Shown: one piece after another, positions 27,601 through 40,083 of the stretch
Layout of the letters: each line of letters starts with the position of its first letter
Numbering within the stretch: position 1 is the stretch's first letter
Origin: Amoeboaphelidium protococcarum X5
Taxonomy: Eukaryota; Fungi; Aphelidiomycota
Assembly (NCBI GenBank): GCA_023515725.1
Contig: JALDTO010000098.1
Coordinates: 152,615-216,614 of the forward strand
Direction of reading: 5' to 3'
Length of the DNA: 64,000 nucleotides
The notes under the pieces: generated by a model
Told to the model about the DNA's origin: nothing
Database searches by the model: none
Seen by the model: the letters and a program-made list of their open reading frames with translations, nothing else
Program-made: the position numbers and the translations under genes

Positions 27601-30600
27601 TATGAGGGCTCGATACTTGAAAGGCAGTACTCGACGTGTGAAAAGATTGGAGCGCTTACGAGCTAATATCACCAACATTTTATTCTTGTCCTGTAATGTT
27701 ATAACCATCGATCAGTTCAAGAATGATTCCAAGTTTACTGCGTTCATGTTATCATTTATCAAAGAAGTTGGAGCTTTCCTCTCTGATATGGAGGTGTAGA
27801 TGGAGTGGGACCACCAGATATTGAGATATTATTTCGCTCAACTTGTGGCGCGATATTACTACAAGTCTTCATCTGTGATGGAGCACCAGCAGGCTATGCC
27901 GTATGAATTACGTTTCTCTCTGTATGAGTTATTTGAGGAATGGTGTGGGTATGGACCAAAGGGCGGTGTTATGAAGGAGAGTGAGAGCAAGATGATCATG
28001 AGTGTCCTGGAACATGTCAAGGATGTTAGAGAGCGAGCAGCGTTGACAAGTGCGATGGAAGAGTAGAGGAAATCACTGGAAGTTGCATCTGCTGGTGCTA
28101 TTGCTAGTTTATGTTTTGGCACGATTATGCCACCTGCTGAGTCTGTGCTTAAAGCGCATCTAACGATTCCTTCAGTATTCGAATGGATTGATTTAACCGT
28201 GTGTCATAATGATGAGAAGATTGCGTAATATGGGGAAAGAGCGCTGAAGAATGCAATATCTGCCAATAGAAATGATATTTAGGTGTTGGAATTGGCACTG
28301 CAATCAGCATATGATCGTGATGGGTCGTCCTACCTGGCAGATATCTATTTGAAAAGTGTTGTCCATTTGCATCTGTCTGAAGGATTGTCCATCCCATTGT
28401 CACGACTCCTTTAGTTGGCGTCGTACAATTTATGGAGCGGCTAGTCTTCGTGTCGAAAGATTGCCTTAGAATTGCTCTAATATCTTGCCGAATCTAATAT
28501 TGTACAGTTGGTGATAGATGACGTGCGGTTATCTATCCTATCTCAATCTTGGCCTTCTGTTAGAAATGGCTCCTCGTTGCTTACTAAACGGTTGTTTGAG
28601 AGCTTTATTGCAGAGAGCTCGTCTTTGATGTCGGAGCTGTTTATTTAAATGTCAAAGTTGCACTCTGTCGGTCAGGAGTAGTGCTTAAATGTTATTGAGC
28701 AGTGGGCTGGGCTTATACTACTCAGCCTAGGTGGTGGTAATGACTCGCAGAATACATCAACCCTGTTTGTGCTGCATAATTTTGTTCATCTCACCGCCAA
28801 GTATGGATCTGCTTTCGAGAGTAAATTAGTGAAAATATGGACTAAGTTGGCTATGGTGTAGGATAACCTTTTGATTATCATAGAGTTTCTTATCAATGAG
28901 TGTTTGAATAAGCGAAATTCTAGCTATCTGCTCATTGCACGGAAGGTTGTTGGTATGATCGCTAGAGGTTCAATGAGCTAATAAATTCTGGATTATCTGT
29001 AGAAATAGCTTTATCCAAAGAATATGATCCCTTAGAAAAGAGGCAGTCTCAATGTTCATATGGACAATAGTTCATCGTCTCTATATATTGGCTCAATGGA
29101 ACAAGTCATTGGTGTTGATTCTGGAAAGCCCGTGTTTTCTATTGGAAATATTGTTTTGGTATTAGTTACTGATCTATTGCTGATGGCCCCTGGTACTTGT
29201 ATGTCTATATTCCCTCAAGCTATACTGCTGTCAATGTGTTATCTTGATGGTGGAATAGCGGTGGTAAAAGAGCACGCTTCTATTATTTGTCAGGCTATTT
29301 TGAAGCATCTGGCTTTGCAGATTTAGTTTGATAAGGCCGCTTTCACTAAAGTGAACTCTCTCTAAAGTGATTTTGATAAGGTTTTGAAGACTGAGAAGAG
29401 TTATTAGCTCAGTACTTAATCCAAGCAGGAACTCACTTAACCCGTTCTGAAAATGATTTTGGATGGATTTGTAGTGTCATTACATCTTGTTCATAAAGAG
29501 TCGCTACAAGATATTGGAGATTTATGCGTAAAATATGCCACTTAATGTCCTGTTCGTCATATCGCTTTCAGATCATTGCAACTATTTCAAATGGTCAATC
29601 CGGTGTTCAGTCAAAAAATGCTTGCCGATCTACTAGCGCGTTTATCGAATACTATTTGTGATTCTAATTAGGATGTTCAAGTGTTTGCTCAGGAGATTCT
29701 ACGTTCTTTGCACATGGTAGTTGGTTAGTACGATGGCGCCCGTCTTTTATTGTTCCCTCAACTATTTTGGGCGTGTTTGGAGTGTCTTAATTCCTGTGTC
29801 ATTGTTGAGTACTAGCTTAGTTTGGACATTGTGTACTTGTTCTTGTCCAGATTAGATTTCTCTAATGATCTTGCTGTTACAGTGATTTTGTCTAACCTTG
29901 GTCTGCAGTCTGTGCACGATTTGATTGGTAAAGTGGTTCAACTTCTCATGAAGGGACTGTAATCCTCCAAGACTTACAGTAAATCTGCAATGTCATTTCA
30001 TGCTTTGTGCAAGATATTGCCGACTAATTTCGCCTCTGCTCAGCCATTTGGAATGTTCAATATCCTGCTTTGTCTTGTATTTCCTATGCTTCTACAGAGC
30101 AATTAAGGGGGTAAATTGGACAAGGACCTTGTTCAGTCATTATAATCGCTAAGTAGAGTATGTCGCGAATCATCATAAATTTCTGCATTTAGTCGTCTGT
30201 TTGACTCCTTCATTAATGGAAAGCTATCGAATGCTGATGATATTGTCAAGCAATTCAGTGGAATAATGAAAGACACTTATATGTCACAGTATGATGTGAA
30301 TTTGGTGTAGTTTTGTTTGTAGATGCTTAATATGAAGGATTAGAAATTGGAGTTGATGATCTTTAAGCTGCTCAAGGCTCTTCTTATCAATATTAGTCCA
30401 GCCAGTAATTAACTTAATCAATTGACGAGTGAAAGTTTACTTCCTTTAGTTTAGCGTTTAGTATTGCCGTCTGCTACGTCTAATGAAGCATAAATCATAC
30501 TGGATGAGGTTATTCGAATTCTTTTGACATCTTCTGAGACCATTAGGCTGTCCAATGTGGCCAAAATGAAAAGTCTCGATGTACCTCTCATCTTGGAGCG

Positions 30601-31693
30601 CTGTGTCGACTCGGATGACCAATGGCTTCACCGTGATAGTGACACTTAGAAGACAAGGTCGTCATTGTCGCAGGTTATATCGTCCTATATTGCCACCAGA
30701 GTTATTGAGAGAACTGCCAGCTCTGATGCTCTTCATCAGAGGGCACTGCAAGTCCAGTAGATGTAGTAGTAGCAAGCGGAGCAGTAACAGAATACCACTG
30801 GTGTCACTCGCGGAAGACCCTCTATAACTGATATTGAAATGGAGCCTATGGATTATCAGGCAATAGTTGATCAGTTTGAGGATCTCGACTAGTTCTTTAC
30901 TGAGGATCTGAGAGCTGCCGGCTATGATATTGACAGCGACGACGACAATGGGTATCTTGATCATAGAGACTAGCTGTATTTTAATAAGTAAAAGCAGAGT
31001 GGAGCCATTAGTCCATCTAGCAAGCACTATGGATATGGAGATCAAGTTGAGCAAGACGTTTAGGATGATGCCGATGAAGAGGATCTAATGTCCGACAGTG
31101 ATGCTTTCTTTCCTCTGGATGACCTTATAGATGATCATCTGCATATTTAGCGCGAGCATGGTGTTACCGAAATGAATGTGCTGAGTATAGGAGATAAGGC
31201 TGTGGTGGAAGGTGTATCTGACCAGTAGCATACTTTATCTGGTAGTTCAAGTGAGGATGATGATTCGGATGATGCTTTCGCACTTGAAGATGCTCTAAAT
31301 CAGGTGATTGGAAAACTACCGCAGACTAAAATCGATGATCACACCAGACTTATTACTCCGTCTAGAGGTTAGCCAGCTGATGGTCAAATTCCTTAGAATG
31401 ATGGATCTGTAAAAAGTGATAGTGACGTTCAAGATGTAGGATTCCACAAAAGCTCTCAACTTATGGTCCTTTCCAGTCCTGCTGTAGTGGATATGGAGAC
31501 TGTCCTTCCGATGCCGTTAACTGCAGTGCAAGTTGTACAAAATAATGATAAGGATGATGAAGATATTGGCGATGGAGTTGAGCAGTATTTGAAAGAGGAA
31601 TAGGAAGGCTCTTCGTAAGTCAAACGGCTCAAAAGTGAGGACTCAATGATAATATCAGGTGAAGACGATACTCTCAAAAGGCCGCTCCAATGA
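24644..31693 (+). CDS. TAO3: Tao3/Mor2/Furry cell-morphogenesis scaffold of the RAM/MOR pathway (2349 aa, intronless)
   Basis: VFSEFTRHADQKI; GSDPDFDRAI; LIDGLMYWRK; LKERKVFAANFVLCRALI; ELFEEWCGYG; CPVRHIAFRSLQLF; MLADLLARLSNTI; LFPQLFWAC; acidic tail. ATG 24644 and TGA 31691 are in frame. Confidence 0.93.
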
Positions 31694-32182
31694 TGATTAA
31701 ACAGTTGATGAATATATGTAGCATTTGTTATTTCGATATTTAGAGCATATTTATCAAATGTATATGAAATGGTTTTCGTAACAATGTAGTGCAGCCAGTC
31801 AGTCGCATTAAATAACGTTGATTATCATGAAAATTATGTGAACATAACCGCGAAATCCAATGAGAAGAGGTGATAGCTTATTCAAATTGCAATAGAAGTC
31901 CATAGATTGTCGGAATAATGGGATATATCCCCAACTACTAAATGATGCTTATCTACAAATACTGTGCTGTGTTTGTGTATTGTATGTGCTCTTTTAGGCA
32001 GTTGCGACGCGATCAATTAATGTATTTTTCACATTTTAAGCGAATCACAGAAAAGGTGAGGTGCGCCTTCAAACGCGACAATTCCAATATGGGCGTTTCT
32101 AACTCCCTGCAAAATACTCTTCAATCAGGAGCATGTTTAAACTTGCGTTGGCATCCCAATTCAAAATAGAAGGTTGGCCATA

Positions 32183-32477
32183 ATGAGAAGACTCTTTTAC
32201 TATGGCACCTCTCTACATTCAGCCTTGATGTGTAGCTATATAATTGCGCACGACCAAAAACTACCATGTAAGCGTGAGCCGACGTATAATAATGCGTAAT
32301 ATATATTAAACAAAATGTATTGCGCTTGATCAAAATATAAATAGTTTATTGATCAACCGATGATTAACTTCATTAGATGTTTCATAGACGCATTGGTCAC
32401 TATTCATTTAAGCGGCTGTCTATATCTTTGTGTCAAGATCTTAGCGTTAACTTGCTTCCTCCTATTTATAGTAACTA
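32183..32477 (+). pseudogene. Severed 5' end of the Crinkler-like gene that continues at 40084 (putative intron 32268-32376)
   Basis: Joining TA 32476-77 to TA 40084-85 gives an open frame ...QRQLASSYLQQL|LLKNDKEATLSIWYSLSEQQW.... A GTAAGC donor and a TTAAC..TAG acceptor are phase-compatible. The exon 1 assignment is tentative. Confidence 0.6.
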
Positions 32478-32480
32478 CTG

Positions 32481-32909
32481 TAGGTACCTCAGCTCTCGAT
32501 ACAAAGTGGACTTTGATGGCACATTGGTGTTCTTAGGCAGCTTTTTGGCCACCAGCGCTGGCAAATCTGCAATTGAGAACCTCACTTCCAGCTCCAACAC
32601 TTATTTTAAGGCCCTTCTAACAGCAGGTGTAACTATTTTCCTCCTATGAACCTCTTTGGGTGGTAAATCTTTCGTAAAAGTGTAACGCGCCAGTAGTTTT
32701 GACACTGTGGACTATGCAAAGCCAAAACAGCGCGCAATGGTCTTTATTTACACTCCCTCTTCTCGAAATTTATATATAATAGCTTTATCTCTGTCTGATA
32801 TCATTTTTACAAAAATTGGAGTTGAAAAAAAGAAAATGAGGCGTATTAACAGGGGCTTTATTTGATTAACGCCGATCAAATCCATCGGACAAATCACTGA
32901 AACGGACTG
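32481..32909 (-). mobile_element. Tc1 element, 5' half: 30-bp TIR (32880-32909) plus transposase codons 1-108 (ATG 32804, HTH region)
   Basis: TIR CAGTCCGTTTCAGTGATTTGTCCGATGGAT is flanked by TA. The frame reads MISDRDKAIIYKFREEGVQIKTIARCFGFAQSTVSKLLARY...PSKSTLYRELRYL and breaks at a TA. Confidence 0.93.
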
Positions 32910-35000
32910 TAGATTCCAAACCATCCGGCCAAAACAGAGAGACATTTATTATATTCAAACGCTGTCTTTCATCACCTAAAATACCACAAAAATGCTAACC
33001 TTATCGCTTTTAGTCGTCACATTTGGTCAATTGCATGCAGTACAATTTTTTTGTATAAACTTTATTACTAGATGTATCACAAGGTCAAATGTCAGCCTTG
33101 TAACCTACTGGTTTCTACAAAGCGCCTTACAGGAAGGAATGCATGTGTTGCACCCTTGATTAATCTTAACAATCCCAGCTTTTCAAGCCAGCACCTGGAC
33201 AGCTCTAATAATGCAGTACAATTAGTAATAACCAGACTGAGGGCAAGGTAACATGAAAATTGGCTACATCACTTTTTAGGGAATTATAATCAAAGACTAG
33301 TTCTAACAGCCATGTTAAGACAGCTTAAGCTGCGAAGCAATATTCGCACCGGAAGTATACATTTCTTTACACATTCAGATAGCAGAGCACGTTATCCATT
33401 TTCAAAGCGAAGTATTGATGGAACACATTGATAACGAGCCATCCAGACGCACTTTTATTGAAAGCTATCTGTACGCAGCTGGATTCGTACGTGGACATAC
33501 AAAGAAGTGGAACCAGACATATCGTAAAATCTTTAAGTATAACTGATCATTAGGAATCAAGCATAAGATAGACGTATCAATTGAGCAGAGTTTTACAACG
33601 AAGGGTACCGCGTGAGGAGAACCATTAATTACGGTGGATCTACCATCAACAAACGTATATTCAAAGTACAATTAGTATAATCTTACCTCTGAATACTAGC
33701 GCTACATCTTTAAATCAACATCTCATAGAGCAAAGTAACATCCAAACGGTCGACTTCAACATACAAATGGAGATACAAGCTTGAAATCTTACATTATAAA
33801 ATCCGGAAATATGATCAGCAGTCAGCATACAGACAGACGTAGATAAAAGACAAATAGACACAGCAAAATTTTACACAAATTGCATGTACATCAATCAAGT
33901 ACATGATCTTACCAAAAGTTACACTGTAGCTCAACATCCAAAGAGGTTATGCAGTAAAGGTCTGCTTCACATGTTGCCGGAAGGCTATTCGTACTTTATG
34001 CACGATGGGCTGCATTCAAATTACAGAAGCCGAGACTACCGAGGATGATGGCGAATGTTATTCCATAAGTTGGTGATATGGAAGCATTTCATGAGTATAA
34101 ACTTGCCTATTTACATCGATATGCCAGCCTTGCTATAATAATGGCGCTTGCTGTCACTTATGATGAACAGAGAAATAAATGAGACATGCTCTCGCGTCAT
34201 GGTAACATATGGATTGTCCAGTCAACCAGAACCCCAAGATCAGAAGCCATAGCATCGCAGCAACCAAAACGCTTTCGAGCGAAACGTAGGATGACAGCTA
34301 ATGAGTGACAATTCCAACTCTTAGAGACAACTACTTCACTGGGACTTTGTCAAATATATGTTAACTGCGGCTGCAGGTAGTGCTATTATCAGCGTAAGAA
34401 TCTTACCAAACAAATGAGAAGACTTGGATTACATGACTGAATAGGTTCTTGTGCGGCAATGCAATACCATTCGCTTGAAGACATACATGAATCTATATAT
34501 AAGGAAGAAACGAGCGGGGAATGGAAAGGTCATATGACAACGGTTGAGAGGATATTCATTGGATTTCAGCACTTGAAATCACTCTGATCCCTTATGGATT
34601 AAAGTCTGGGTTTTACGGGATATCGAGAAACTATCAGCGTATTTCAAAATGATCGCTGGAATCCTGCGTTTATGCTGCGTACATGTACAGTACAACAATT
34701 TGACTCTCCGATATCATTTGATTAGTGGCGACTCTCTGCGCAGGCTGATTAACTTCATGAGAAACACTTGAAACAAGCCAGATAAAATAGCATCTGGGAA
34801 GTGAGGGGAGATATGAAACACTTCACCTGCTAGAAAGATACGCGCTGAGTCGCTGCGTTGTTAGAAGGAGTCGAGTTGGCCAAATGGTTTGGAATATCTT
34901 TGCAAATTAAGAGACTGCTCTATATGAGCGGGAACTTATGTAACTGACGACTATATACGATCCTTCGCTATCATTTAAATATAGCAGAAAATAATAGCGC

Positions 35001-36789
35001 GACTCTCTGAGAAAATCCTCATACCACACAAGGTGTGATGTACTTTAGCGAAACACCACACAAAGTGTGAGGCATTGTCAAACCGCGATAAACTAAGATT
35101 TGGCTGCTTTTAATCACACTTTTCTAGTATATTCGAGGGTCCTCTATCATTTAAAAGAAACCGCAAATTTAGAACACTTCTCGCTTGGAAAATACTGATA
35201 CCACACAAGGTGTGATGTACTTTAGCGAAACACCACACAAAGTGTGAGGCATTGTCAAACCGCAATAAAATAAGATTTGGCTGCTTTTAATCACACTTTT
35301 CTAGTAGATTCGAGGGTCCTCTATCCGTTGAAATTAACCGCAAATGCAGAACACGACTCTCTGAGAAAATACTCATACCACACAAGGTGTGATGTACTTT
35401 AGCGGAACACCACACAAAGTGTGATGCATTCACTAAAGCGATAAAATAAGATTTAGCAGCATTAAATAACACTTTTCTAGTATACTCGAACTTCCCCTAT
35501 CATTTAAAAGTAACCGCAAATGCAGAACACTTCTCGCTTGAAAAATATTCATACCACACAAGGTGTGATGTACTTTAGCGAAACGCATCACAAAGTGTGA
35601 GGCATTGTCAAACCGCAATAAAATAAGATTTAGCAGCATTAAATCACACTTTTCTAGTATATTCGAGTCTCCTCTATCATTTAAAAGTAACCGCAAATGT
35701 AAAACACTTCTCGCTTGGAAAATACTGATACCACACAAGGTGTGATACACTTTAGCGAAACGCATCACAAAGTGTGAGGCATTGTCAAACCGCAATAAAA
35801 TAAGATTTAGCAGCATTAAATCACACTTTTCTAGTATATTCGAACCTCCTCTTTCATTTAAAAGTAACCGCAAATGTAAAACACTTCTCGCTTGGAAAAT
35901 ACTGATACCACACAAGGTGTGATACACTTTAGCGGAACACCACACAAAGTGTGAGGCATTCACTAAAGCGATAAAATAAGATTTAGCTGCATTAAATCGC
36001 AATCTGCTTGTTTATTCGAACCTCCTCTTTCATTTAAAAGTAACTGCAAATGTAAAACACTTCTCGCTTGGAAAATACTGATACCACACAAGGTGTGATA
36101 CACTTTAGCGGAACACCACACAAAGTGTGAGGCATTCACTAAAGCGATAAAATAAGATTTAGCTGCATTAATTTACACTTTTCTAGTATACTCGAACCTC
36201 CCCTATCATTTAAAAGTAACCGCAAGTTTAGAACACTTCTCGCTTGGAAAATACTGATACTACACAAGGTGTGATGTACTTTAGCGAAACGCATCACAAA
36301 GTGTGAGGCATTGTCAAACCGCAATAAAATAAGATTTGGCTGCTTTTAATCACACTTTTCTAGTAGATTCGAACCTCCTCTTTCATTTAAAAGTAACCGC
36401 AAGTGCAGAACACCTCTTGCTGGGAAAATACTCATACCACACAAGGTGTGATGTACTTTAGCGAAACACCACACAAAGTGTGAGGCATTCACTAAAGCGA
36501 TAAAATAAGATTTAGCAGCATTAAATAACACTTTTCTAGTATATTCGAACTTCCCCTATCATTTAAAAGTAACCGCAAGTGCAGAACACCTCTTGCTGGG
36601 AAAATACTCATACCACACAAGGTGTGATGTACTTTAGCGAAACACCACACAAAGTGTGATGCATTGTCAAACCGCGATAAACTAAGATTTAGCTGCATTC
36701 ATTTACACTTTTCTAGTATACTCGAACTTCCCCTATCATTTAAAAGTAACCGCAAATGCAGAACACTTCTCGCTGGGAAAATATTCATA
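35001..36789. repeat. Tandem satellite, about 10 units of 176-177 bp
   Basis: The ATACCACACAAGGTGTG anchor (one base variant at 36257) recurs at 35021, 35198, 35375, 35551, 35728, 35905, 36081, 36257, 36434 and 36610. Confidence 0.97.
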
Positions 36790-37615
36790 TATCATACCAT
36801 GTGAGCGCTTACAGCGATTAGAGACATACACGGTCGTGCGCGGTAATCCGATTACTAAACTTCAACGCACTAAAAAACTCTGGCAATAGATTTTGTTTAG
36901 AGAACAGAATCATCTTAGAGCATTAGCGATGCCACGATGGAGAGGTATATGCTTCTTACAGAGTGACTCTCAGGAGTTCTACTCAGTGCTGTGATACAAG
37001 CCCTTAGAACAGTCATCAAAACACACGTTGCACTCCTCCTGTACATAATCAGGTACATTGTGTTAAGATAAAACCAAAAAGGTAAATTATATCTTTCGAT
37101 AATACTGAATTTATTCACAACTGAGAAGAAAATGTCCTTCACACTTCAACCTAAGCCACTCGGATCAGTGACACCTGAACCGATAACCGATGCTCTGGAA
37201 CACCAACCTTCACACATTGGGCATCTTAAATTCTATATCGTAGTAGACATTAAAAGCAGTTGAATTATGGTAACTTTTAACGGGTACAATTTCACAAACT
37301 AACGAATGGAAACTTTACGGGAGAAAGGCAAATTGCTCGCTTCCACCAGACGTCAAGCGTCAATGTTGTATGTAGGCTAATTGCACTTTGGCGGTATTCG
37401 TAAATCGCTCCTGCAGATGTTGATTATTGTGCGAAACGGAACAGCTCACGATTTAAGTTGAGCTACAAACCTCAAAACTATTTCCTTTTCGATTTAAAGT
37501 TAGGAGGCGTGAATTTCCTTGTTCGAATGTGAAACAGATTAGATCGATCCATCCACCATGTCTCAAGCTATTCAATGCACATCAGTCTTTCAAATTGAAC
37601 TTATTTCAACTAAAT

Positions 37616-39169
37616 ATGGTATTAACTGCATAAGAAAAGAAGAATTTATTAAGCATTCTGGCTGGTTATACTAAGGATCAGGTGCTGTAAGTTGGTTAAC
37701 GCGCTGGTTTGAATGAGATGGTTGGTACAAAGTCTAAGCTCACCGAAAAGGTTGTGAATGCTGGGCTTTCAGTGAAACATTTATAGTTCTTCTTTGTCAA
37801 TGGATTCTCCGAAGATTAAACTACTCGGCTTCTGTCCTAGATTGGTCGTACATTCTGCCAGAAGTTTGGCATTGCTCCCATCAATGATTAGTGGGTCCCT
37901 TTGTGTGGTCTGGCTGCTGCCATCATGGCGAAACAGCATTCAATGGACTGGGCTAGATTACAAACAAGTGACGCGCTGAATTAGGCCTCATGTTCTCTAA
38001 GTTCTACCTAAGATGAGTTGTTGAACACTACGCATAAAGCTGTCAGGTTGGACACCGTGTTCTTCATCATCTAGTGGTACAATGGTGTTGCGTTTGCTGT
38101 TACTTTGGTTCATCAGCTGTTGACTGAAGTTCGTCCTAATCCGCGTCTTCAGTAAGATGGTGCTCAGTCTCCTCAAAATGATGGTCCTTTACTTGGTAAC
38201 GTGGCCTAAACTCCGGCGTTCTCCGAGTAGTCTGAAGCGCCTCAATTAAATTCGTTCACCATGGCACTAACAGAGGCCGGATAACACGATGTTGCTGCGA
38301 TGCGCAGCTTTTCTGTATAAAAGTGCGCGATTCAAGACTTTGCGGGGAGAATAATCTCGCATCTTGGAAAATCCTTCACTCTCGATAAAGTAGAAAATGC
38401 TTTATAATCAAATCTTGGGGAACTTCCTGACCCTCTGTCATGGTGGAAATAAGCAAGACAGTCTGCACCATGTCTGGTGGATGAGTTTGCTCTTTGTAAG
38501 ACTGTGTTTGTCATTTCTAAGCTGTTGGGTGGACAGTGCAGCGTATCTCTAATTACCACTATCTGTGTTGAAGCATTAAAGTACTTATCAGTGCAGTAGA
38601 CAGTTTATTATATTGCCAACATACTGAATGGACTGGGACTGGTGAGAACTTTGGACGCGTGCTGTGTATGCATACGTGCATCTGCACATCTGGCGGTTTC
38701 AATCAAACTTTTTAAAGAATATGATAAGAGCTCTGGTGGACTCTGGCTCGCAGAAGCATTTGGTGAAGACTTAATTGCCGGTTGCTTCAGAGGTGAACTA
38801 CCTCAGATGCTGTTGTTCTGGTAATACGCAGCAAACAACCAAAGAATTACTGGCATGATCTGCGCTCTGTTGGCAGGAGTAGGTTCCGCCATGCTGTTCA
38901 AGGGAGACTTAACAGCAGTAAAAGAACGTGCAAAACATTTGTCCGTGTCAGAGTTGCTGAGCGCCTCAGAGAATGGCGAATGCAAGGCACTGCTTGAGCA
39001 TTTCAAGGGTGAAATGAAGCCAGTGGAGTCTGAATTGAGTATGGCATTCACTCATTTGATGAAATTAAATGGCCGTGCGTCTGTAGGCTTCAGAGGTATT
39101 GAAGACAATAACTAAGAGCTTCCATCAGAGTGCGCTCTCCTTGGATATCCACACACATCTGAATTGTGA
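37616..39169 (+). CDS. Hypothetical protein with an N-terminal SAP-like motif (517 aa)
   Basis: Uninterrupted frame from ATG 37616 to TGA 39167. YTKDQVLQVGQRAGLNEMVGTKSKLTEKVV resembles a SAP helix-extension-helix. Confidence 0.75.
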
Positions 39170-39299
39170 TTATTTGATTAAACGTGTACATAACATCTTA
39201 ATTTCGTCTTCATTAGCGCTTGCTTGATGAATATTAATCTATTAGATTATAAAAAATAGAATCGCGTTTATATACTTGTCAACTATTGAAATTCAGCTA

Positions 39300-40080
39300 C
39301 AGTCCGTTTCAGTGATTTGTCCGATGGATCAACAAAGCGATATAAATTCATATAGCGTAACAAATATTAATAATCAATAATCTATAGCTTTACCCTCACT
39401 TTTAATAACTTCATGGCATCTATTTTCAAAACTCAGAATTAAATTCTGGCAAGTTTCGATGGAGATATTACGCCAAACCTCTTCAAACTAGCTGATTAGC
39501 TGCTGTCTGGAAGTAGGGGCACCAAATTTATCCACCCTCGCAGCTTTAGCAATTGCCCACATATTCTCTATAGGATTCAAATCCGGAGACTGCGCTGGCC
39601 AATCCAAGCGCTGGACCCCCTATTCGTCCAAAAAGGTGGTCACTACCATTGCCTTATGGCATGGTGCATTATCCTGCATATAGGTGAACTAAGTACCAGA
39701 GACCTCTTCCAACTCCTTCAGGCAGGGTATTACTACCTCCTCTAACAATACCAGGTATTATTCCTTCCGCATAGTGCCATCTATAGGAATAATCGGACCT
39801 GGGCCGTAAATCGACACACAACCCCAAAACATGACCGAAAATCCACCCGCCTGAACTTGAACATTGGTGGGCAAATTTAGACCTTCTCGACCATGCTTAA
39901 TCCATTGCCGAACCTGTCTTCCTTTCTAGATGGCTTAAACTGAACATTCATCCGAGAAGCAGATCAGCCGCATAGCTTCTTGACCCTGTTGTATCATGCC
40001 TTACGCGAACTAGACCCTCTTAACTTGATTTCTGGCACTTATGAGTGGTTTATTTTTCAGAATGACGCTGTCAAAGCCTA
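39300..40080 (-). mobile_element. Tc1 element, 3' half: DD34E catalytic domain (stop 39374-39376) plus 30-bp TIR (39300-39329)
   Basis: KPLISARNQVKRVQFA; ICFSDEC; VMFWGCVS; MQDNAPCH...WPAQSPDLNPIENMW, with 34 residues between D and E. The TIR is identical to the one at 32880-32909 and is preceded by TA. Confidence 0.95.
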
Positions 40081-40083
40081 CTG

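Noticed and set aside
32992-34960. Possible long gene with TGA read-through, starting with a signal-peptide-like MLTLSLLVVTFGQLHA
   Set aside because: TGA density in the frame examined is about what random sequence gives, and no motif was recognised. At most this is a decayed relic.
35001-36789. CRISPR array, or a repeat protein suggested by minus-strand ORFs such as 35433-36002
   Set aside because: There are no unique spacers and no cas genes, and the DNA is eukaryotic. Recurrent 176-bp units break any reading frame, so this is most likely non-coding satellite.
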